A stretch of DNA of 32,000 nt from Halomicronema hongdechloris C2206. GTDB lineage: Bacteria; Cyanobacteriota; Cyanobacteriia; Phormidesmidales; Phormidesmidaceae. The DNA is taken from contig NZ_CP021983.2 of assembly GCF_002075285.3 (NCBI RefSeq), forward strand, positions 3,180,001-3,212,000, written 5' to 3'. The notes beneath the pieces are model-generated. The model was given only the letters and a program-made list of their open reading frames with translations, was not told the origin of the DNA and made no database searches. Positions 26,663-32,000 of this stretch are shown piece after piece. The position numbers and the translations under genes are program-made. Within the stretch, counting starts at the first letter, position 1. The number at the start of each line of letters is the position of its first letter.

Positions 26663-27256
26663 TTGCCGCGATATACTCTCTTGGAGGTTGGCCAGGGAGT
26701 TGTTCCCATTCCTGATTCAGTTGCTGAAGGGGCTGCTATGGGCATAAGTGACGTGGCCCTTGATCATCTTTACGATGGTGTGGCCTGCCGGTTGGCAGCC
26801 CAGGACTATGGGGGGGCCTTAGCACTGTTGGATACGTTCCCAACCGAGGCCAGGGCTGAGTATGCCTTTTGGTATTTACAGGGGGAAGTGCTTGCCAATC
26901 AGGGTCAGTATGATCAAGCTTTGGACAGCTTGGATCGGGCCCTGGCATTGCATGGCAACATGGCTGATATCTGGGTAGCTAAGGCCGTTTGTCTCCTGCA
27001 TTTATCTCAACCCCAGTCGGCCCTGAGGTGCTGTGAACACGCCCTAAAACTGCAGCCTCACCATGCTCAGGCTTGGTTATTTCATGGAGTGGCCTCACAT
27101 CGGTTGGGACACTATCATCAGGCCTATACCAGCTATCGCCATGCCCTCAGGGGTCAATCGCCCCGGCCGCAGCACCACCCTAAATGGTTAGTCTATCTGC
27201 AGCAATGGGGCATACTATCAAAGGGCTCATCCTTGCCAGATGTCGATCATTTCTAG
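26663..27256 (+). CDS. Tetratricopeptide-repeat protein
   Basis: 197-aa ORF with 3-4 TPR units (AFWYLQGEVLANQGQYDQALDSLDRALAL; AWLFHGVASHRLGHYHQAYTSYRHAL). It opens at TTG 26663, and the first ATG is at 26738. Confidence 0.7.
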   Translation: MPRYTLLEVGQGVVPIPDSVAEGAAMGISDVALDHLYDGVACRLAAQDYGGALALLDTFPTEARAEYAFWYLQGEVLANQGQYDQALDSLDRALALHGNMADIWVAKAVCLLHLSQPQSALRCCEHALKLQPHHAQAWLFHGVASHRLGHYHQAYTSYRHALRGQSPRPQHHPKWLVYLQQWGILSKGSSLPDVDHF

Positions 27257-27265
27257 ACTCAGTCC

Positions 27266-29539
27266 ATGATCCCGCAATGGGAGTCGGCTGCTTGTCGTGG
27301 CATCGGGAATGGTGGCCTCGGATGTCATGGTTTCAGAGTTTTGGGACTCGCCTTTCCATCACTAGAAAAAGCGCTGAAGCACTATTTCGGCTACGACCAG
27401 TTTCGGCGGCAACAGCGTCCCATTATTGAGCAGGTGTTGAAGGGGCGTGACGTCTTAGTGGTTATGCCCACCGGTGGTGGCAAATCCCTCTGCTACCAGT
27501 TGCCAGCCCTGATGAAATTAGGGATTACCGTTGTGGTTTCTCCCTTGATTGCCTTGATGCAGGATCAAGTCGATAGCCTGCAGGATAATGGCATTGCGGC
27601 AACGTTTCTGAATAGTACCCAGTCATGGCAGCAGGTGCGATCGCAAGAAGCAGCGCTATTGGCCGGGAAGATCAAGCTGCTATATGTAGCTCCGGAACGG
27701 CTGGTGAATCCTAATTTCTTACAGTTGCTAGACCGTCTCAGCCAAACCGTGGGGTTAGCCACCTTTGCCATCGATGAAGCCCACTGTGTCTCTGTGTGGG
27801 GGCATGACTTTCGACCCGACTATCGTCAACTCTCGATACTGCGCCAGCACTATCCTCAAGTGCCGATTCTGGCACTGACAGCCACAGCCACGGAGCGAGT
27901 TCGTCAAGACATCATGGCTCAACTCTGGCTCCGAGATCCAGGCATTTATATTGCCAGCTTTAATCGTCCCAATCTGTATTACGAAGTCCGCCCTAAGCCC
28001 CGAGACGCCTATGCCGACCTATGCCAGCAGTTGCACCAATGGTCAGGAGCCGGCATTATCTACTGTCTCAGTCGCAAACGGGCCGATGAGCTAGCCGCTC
28101 GCTTGCGTCAGGATGATATCGATGCCTTACCCTATCACGCTGGCCTCAGTGATCAGGTCCGCCGGGAGCATCAGCAACGGTTTATACGGGATGATGTACG
28201 GGTTATCGTAGCCACCATTGCCTTCGGCATGGGCATCAATAAACCAGATGTGCGGTTTGTGATCCACTATGACATTGCCTGCACCCTGGAGGGATATTAT
28301 CAAGCATCAGGCCGAGCTGGCCGCGATGGCGAAACTGCCCATTGCATCCTTTACTTCAGCTATGCCGATGTGGCCACTGCTGAGTTTTTGATTGGGCAAA
28401 AGTCAGACCCCCAAGAGCAACGTCTAGCCCGTCAACAATTGCGGCAAATGATTGACTATGCCGAGAGCACCGTCTGTCGCCGCACTATTCAACTAGGCTA
28501 TTTTGGGGAAGACTATCCCGGGAATTGTGGCCATTGTGACAATTGCTTACATCCTCCTCCCCTAGAGGACTGGACCATTGAAGCCCAAAAGTTTCTTTCC
28601 TGTGTGGCTCGGTGTCGAGAGCGCTTTGGTATGGGCCACATTATCGATGTACTGCGGGGGTCTCGCAAACAACGCATCTTTGATCTGGGCCATGACCAGC
28701 TGTCAACCTATGGCATCGGCAAGGATCGTTCGGTCGACGAATGGCGATTGCTGGGCCGGTCTCTGCTGCATCAGCGGTTACTCTCGGAGACGACCGATGG
28801 CTATCCAGTGCTAAAGCTGACTGGAGCTAGTTGGCAAATCCTGCGCCAGCAGGCATCGGTGCAGGTGGCAATCCCAGAACGTCTTAGCCAACCGCGGCAG
28901 ATAGCTGAGGACAACGATCCCACCAGTCAGCAGTTGCTACAGCACTTGCGCTCCCTACGTAAGCGGCTAGCCGACGACCAAGGAGTTCCGCCCTATGTGG
29001 TATTTACAGAATCGTCATTGCGGCAGATGGCTCAGCAACGACCGCAAACCCTCACGGCCTTTGGGCACATCTCTGGAGTTGGCAATCGCAAATTAGCTCA
29101 GTATGGTCAGGTATTTACGCAGGCCATTCGCGAGTTTTGCCAAGACAATCGGTTACCAAGGGTGGCACCGAAATCCGTAGCTTCAGTCGCATCAAGGCCT
29201 GGGTCGCGGCGCTATCGCCCTCCGACGGACACCCACTTCCTCACCCTACAGCTGCATCAGCAGGGATTGCCCCCTGATCAGATAGCCCGCCAACGGCGAG
29301 TGACCTTGAGAACTATCCACAACCACCTAGAACGGCTGATTCTAGCTGACCAGGCCGTAGACTTGGAGCGCTTGGTGTCCCCTGAACGCCAAGATGCTAT
29401 CCGGATAGCCATTCAGGTTAGAGGCCATGGCTCATTGTCTGCCCTGCACGATCAGTTAGGGCCAACCTATGACTATGGCGAAATTCGGTTGGTGGTGGCA
29501 GATTGGGAACGGCGACAATCAGCAGCAGAGTCCAGATAA
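27266..29539 (+). CDS. recQ: ATP-dependent DNA helicase RecQ with an extra C-terminal HTH-like domain
   Basis: FGYDQFR, MPTGGGKSLCYQLPA, FAIDEAHCVSVWGHDFRPDY, and the Zn module CRR...CGHCDNC. RQC/WH and HRDC (PPYVVFTESSLRQMAQQRP...GVGNRKLAQYG) follow, then about 130 further residues. The exact start is uncertain. Confidence 0.92.
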   Translation: MIPQWESAACRGIGNGGLGCHGFRVLGLAFPSLEKALKHYFGYDQFRRQQRPIIEQVLKGRDVLVVMPTGGGKSLCYQLPALMKLGITVVVSPLIALMQDQVDSLQDNGIAATFLNSTQSWQQVRSQEAALLAGKIKLLYVAPERLVNPNFLQLLDRLSQTVGLATFAIDEAHCVSVWGHDFRPDYRQLSILRQHYPQVPILALTATATERVRQDIMAQLWLRDPGIYIASFNRPNLYYEVRPKPRDAYADLCQQLHQWSGAGIIYCLSRKRADELAARLRQDDIDALPYHAGLSDQVRREHQQRFIRDDVRVIVATIAFGMGINKPDVRFVIHYDIACTLEGYYQASGRAGRDGETAHCILYFSYADVATAEFLIGQKSDPQEQRLARQQLRQMIDYAESTVCRRTIQLGYFGEDYPGNCGHCDNCLHPPPLEDWTIEAQKFLSCVARCRERFGMGHIIDVLRGSRKQRIFDLGHDQLSTYGIGKDRSVDEWRLLGRSLLHQRLLSETTDGYPVLKLTGASWQILRQQASVQVAIPERLSQPRQIAEDNDPTSQQLLQHLRSLRKRLADDQGVPPYVVFTESSLRQMAQQRPQTLTAFGHISGVGNRKLAQYGQVFTQAIREFCQDNRLPRVAPKSVASVASRPGSRRYRPPTDTHFLTLQLHQQGLPPDQIARQRRVTLRTIHNHLERLILADQAVDLERLVSPERQDAIRIAIQVRGHGSLSALHDQLGPTYDYGEIRLVVADWERRQSAAESR

Positions 29540-29545
29540 CCCGAA

Positions 29546-29743
29546 ATGACTGAATCATCCTCCTACTTCACCCCCGATGAACTGCGCCAGTGGCAGTTTG
29601 GTCTGCAACAGGCTAATCTCAACAATGTTCTGTGCCATTGTCGACGATGCGACCATACCTGGGTAGCCTCTGCCGCTGAGCCGTGCCGATGTGGCAGTAA
29701 GGGTATCGAAGCCATCCCCTGCTGGCAATTTCCCGATGACTAA
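29546..29743 (+). CDS. Small Cys-rich (putative zinc-binding) protein
   Basis: 65-aa ORF that starts 6 nt after the recQ stop and ends 14 nt before the Nudix start. It contains CHCRRC...CRCGSKG...C. Confidence 0.5.
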   Translation: MTESSSYFTPDELRQWQFGLQQANLNNVLCHCRRCDHTWVASAAEPCRCGSKGIEAIPCWQFPDD

Positions 29744-29757
29744 CCCATAGTCCCCAT

Positions 29758-30228
29758 ATGGTCCCCACTATTGATCAGAGTTGGTATCAACACCCCCACG
29801 GCACGCCTACAGAAGCTGCTGCCGGAGGGGTGATCCTGCGACAGCATAGGGGCTGTTGGTGGGTAGCCTTAATTCGCGAAGGTAGTCTGCCTGACTATGC
29901 CTTACCTAAAGGTCATGTGGAATCCGGTGAGTCTTTGCAGGTAGCTGCCCGACGGGAAATTGAAGAAGAGGCTGGATTTTCGGACCTGCAACTGCTAGGA
30001 GAGTTGGGAGTTCTCGAGCGCCTCAATTTTTCTAAGACCCACTGGAAAATTACCCACTACTATCTCTTCCAAACAGAGCAAGTCACACCGCTGCCTAGTG
30101 ATCCCAAGACTCATCAGGTTGAGTGGTTTCCCATCGATCAGTTGCCACCCATCTTCTGGCCGGAACAACGGCAGTTATTGCAGCAGGTGAGAGATGAGCA
30201 CTTATCTTCCTTAGAGTGTTCCAACTAA
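29758..30228 (+). CDS. NUDIX hydrolase
   Basis: Nudix box GHVESGESLQVAARREIEEEAGF in a 156-aa ORF. Confidence 0.88.
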   Translation: MVPTIDQSWYQHPHGTPTEAAAGGVILRQHRGCWWVALIREGSLPDYALPKGHVESGESLQVAARREIEEEAGFSDLQLLGELGVLERLNFSKTHWKITHYYLFQTEQVTPLPSDPKTHQVEWFPIDQLPPIFWPEQRQLLQQVRDEHLSSLECSN

Positions 30229-30275
30229 ACACTCGTTCAAGGATTTGCTGAATAGCCTAGATAGGCTGAGTTCAA

Positions 30276-30304
30276 TAGCCTAGATCTAGATCAGGCTACT
30301 TTTT
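30276..30304 (+). terminator. Terminator-like hairpin after the Nudix gene
   Basis: TAGCCT (30276-30281), 11-nt loop, AGGCTA (30293-30298), then CTTTTT. It is the second copy of a direct repeat AATAGCCTAGAT (30251-30262 and 30274-30285). Confidence 0.5.
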
Positions 30305-30371
30305 CAGATGGAATACTCTTAGGGGCCGAGTAGACGGCAGCCCACGCTCACATCCAGTTTCGGAGTGGTGA

Positions 30372-31220
30372 CTAGAGCTGGCCGACGGAGTCGGGCGCCA
30401 GCTTTTTCAAGGTGGCTTCCACGACCAATCGCCAGCCCTCTGGAGCGACGGCTGGTGCCACTGACCATCCTCGCTGAGCTAGTGCTGGATGAGGTCCCTG
30501 AGCCCCCGGTACGACAATGGGGTAATCTACCTGCTCTAACATGGCCGTATCGTTAGGGCTGTTGCCTAGACCTAGGGTCATCAGAGGCTGTCCAGGAACC
30601 CAGGCTTGATACAAGTCAATGACAGCTTGCACGGCAACGCCCTTGCCAGCACCGCTACCAATCAGGTGGGAGAAGCGATCGCCCACTACCACCTGAAAGC
30701 CTCTGGCCTCTACCACCTGCCTTAGCTGGGCTGCCGACATGTTTTTAGGGGTCAAAAACGGCTCGGTAAATTCCCGGGCCTTGGCCTGTTTAGCTTCCTC
30801 GTAGGAGAGGCCGGTCAACTGCTGAATTTGCTCAACAGACCAATCTCCAAATCCTTTCAGGGGGCGCTTCAGCTCTTGGGCAATGGCCTTGAGTCCAGCC
30901 CGAGCCATGACATAAGAACAGCCCAGCTGTAGCACTCGATAGGCACCGGCATCCTCTCCCGCCGGTAGTTGGAAGGGTACGGTTCCACGAGGCAAGAAGA
31001 CGGCACTGCCATTCTCGACGATAAACGGATCCTGTAATTCAAGATGCTGACACCAGGTATCAACTTCCGCTCGCGTCTTGCTCGTAACAGGAATGACAGG
31101 AATTCCCACTTGTCTCAGGTGCTTTAAAGTAGGCAGCGCGGCTTCATAGTGATAGGTATCGCTATTCAGGAGCGTGCCATCTAAATCGGTAAAGATAATC
31201 AAAGCAGTGGTTAGCACCAT
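30372..31220 (-). CDS. HAD-IIB hydrolase, mannosyl-/glucosyl-3-phosphoglycerate phosphatase-like
   Basis: Motif I IIFTDLDGTLL, motif II PVIPVTSKTRAEV, and motif IV GLGNSPNDTAML. Size and pattern fit the MPGP/YedP subfamily. Confidence 0.75.
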   Translation of the reverse strand: MVLTTALIIFTDLDGTLLNSDTYHYEAALPTLKHLRQVGIPVIPVTSKTRAEVDTWCQHLELQDPFIVENGSAVFLPRGTVPFQLPAGEDAGAYRVLQLGCSYVMARAGLKAIAQELKRPLKGFGDWSVEQIQQLTGLSYEEAKQAKAREFTEPFLTPKNMSAAQLRQVVEARGFQVVVGDRFSHLIGSGAGKGVAVQAVIDLYQAWVPGQPLMTLGLGNSPNDTAMLEQVDYPIVVPGAQGPHPALAQRGWSVAPAVAPEGWRLVVEATLKKLAPDSVGQL

Positions 31221-31494
31221 AGGTGTACTATGTCCATGTCAGGCAAGCCGAGACTGGCTATTAGCGTAGCAGGATGGATGATGCTCCCAATCCAGGCCAA
31301 CAGGTTGATTATGGGACAGCAACCGAGCGTGAGCTGGACGCAGGTTAGCATATAGTATCGCAATTAAATTCTTTCCTGAAATATTTAAATAGATTACAGC
31401 TTGCCCCTGCATGTGAATTTTGAAGAAGGAGTATTTATGATTTCAGGGAACCTCTTATATACTCTCTTCTATACAGCCACAATTCATGATTGAT

Positions 31495-31873
31495 CGTCTT
31501 TGTTCCGTCTTTGTCCATGGTTGATTGGACCGGGTATACCCATATAGGTCGTTGCAGGGCAGTGGGCCCTGCGATCGCAAGCGCCTTGTAAGGGATGCCG
31601 ATGTGGCAAAGCCGTTGATATGAGCATTTAGATATAAGCATTTAGATAAAGCACTAAAGTATTTGTCACAACCATTTCAGTAATTCTCTGATCTCGGCTT
31701 ATTTGGGTATTTTGGGTGATCTCGGCTTTTTAGGGAAATCTAGCTAACTTGGCTGCCAACTCCAACTATTTGGATAACTATTTGGATGGAATCACACTGA
31801 CGTCAGCAATCTTTGAAGTAGTTGCTCGTCAGTATCTCAGGAGGATGTCATCACTAATTGTCGCTAATTGTCG
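31495..31873. repeat. Cluster of five independent two-copy short tandem or near-tandem duplications in AT-rich non-coding DNA
   Basis: CGTCTTTGT x2 (31495-31503 and 31506-31514). GCATTTAGATA x2 (31624-31634 and 31638-31648). TGATCTCGGCTT x2 (31689-31700 and 31717-31728), flanking ATTTGGGT/ATTTTGGG. AACTATTTGGAT x2, perfect tandem (31764-31787). CTAATTGTCG x2, perfect tandem (31854-31873). Confidence 0.9.
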
Positions 31874-32000
31874 GATGTATCTAGGGTTGATACTGTTGGT
31901 GTTTAAGACCGCCGTATCGTCTCCAGGAAAGGCAAGATTGTCTGCAGATATATTGTTGAAACTTGTCTGAGAAGAGAAGTGACTGCCGTGTAAGTGATTG

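Noticed and set aside
31435-31970. 68-aa (minus strand) and 73-aa (plus strand) ORFs near the window end
   Set aside because: The region is AT-rich and the ORFs are riddled with short tandem duplications. One of these has a 10-nt period that would shift the frame. There are no motifs or RBS, so they are likely non-coding.
1-32000. CRISPR arrays, transposases, integrases, prophage structural genes and toxin-antitoxin pairs
   Set aside because: I looked for them on both strands. There are no spaced repeat arrays longer than two units, and no recognisable transposase, integrase or toxin motifs in any tracked ORF.

Overview
The window looks like a cyanobacterial chromosomal segment. I hand-counted at least 12 copies of the HIP1 octamer GCGATCGC, and it carries crtR, ycf35/ycf46-type genes and a WCGLC thioredoxin. 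About 30 protein genes are supportable, mostly housekeeping: sppA, aroH-type chorismate mutase, crtR, pyk, long-form leuA, ribD, an MscS channel, nadA, recQ, plus Nudix, HAD and IMPase-family enzymes. I recognised no rRNA, tRNA, CRISPR array, transposase or integrase. None of the candidate systems below is demonstrably novel from sequence alone. Candidates worth a second look:
- A same-strand module of a ribbon-helix-helix protein, a Ycf46-type AAA+ ATPase and a DUF1257/Ycf35 protein. It has a textbook intrinsic terminator and an RpaB-type HLR1 direct repeat upstream.
- A tightly packed TPR, RecQ (with an extra C-terminal HTH-like domain), Cys-rich mini-protein and Nudix cluster.
- A 28-codon ORF with 10 Leu codons that ends in a terminator-like hairpin, upstream of leuA.
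- An AT-richer divergent pair: a divergent ECF-like sigma factor and a signal-less peptidoglycan-binding-domain protein.
- A bitopic protein joining a periplasmic PG-binding domain to cytoplasmic HEAT repeats.
- A C9 homopolymer encoding PPPPP at the 5' end of a TerB-like gene.
- A recurring pattern of two-copy short tandem duplications in intergenic DNA.
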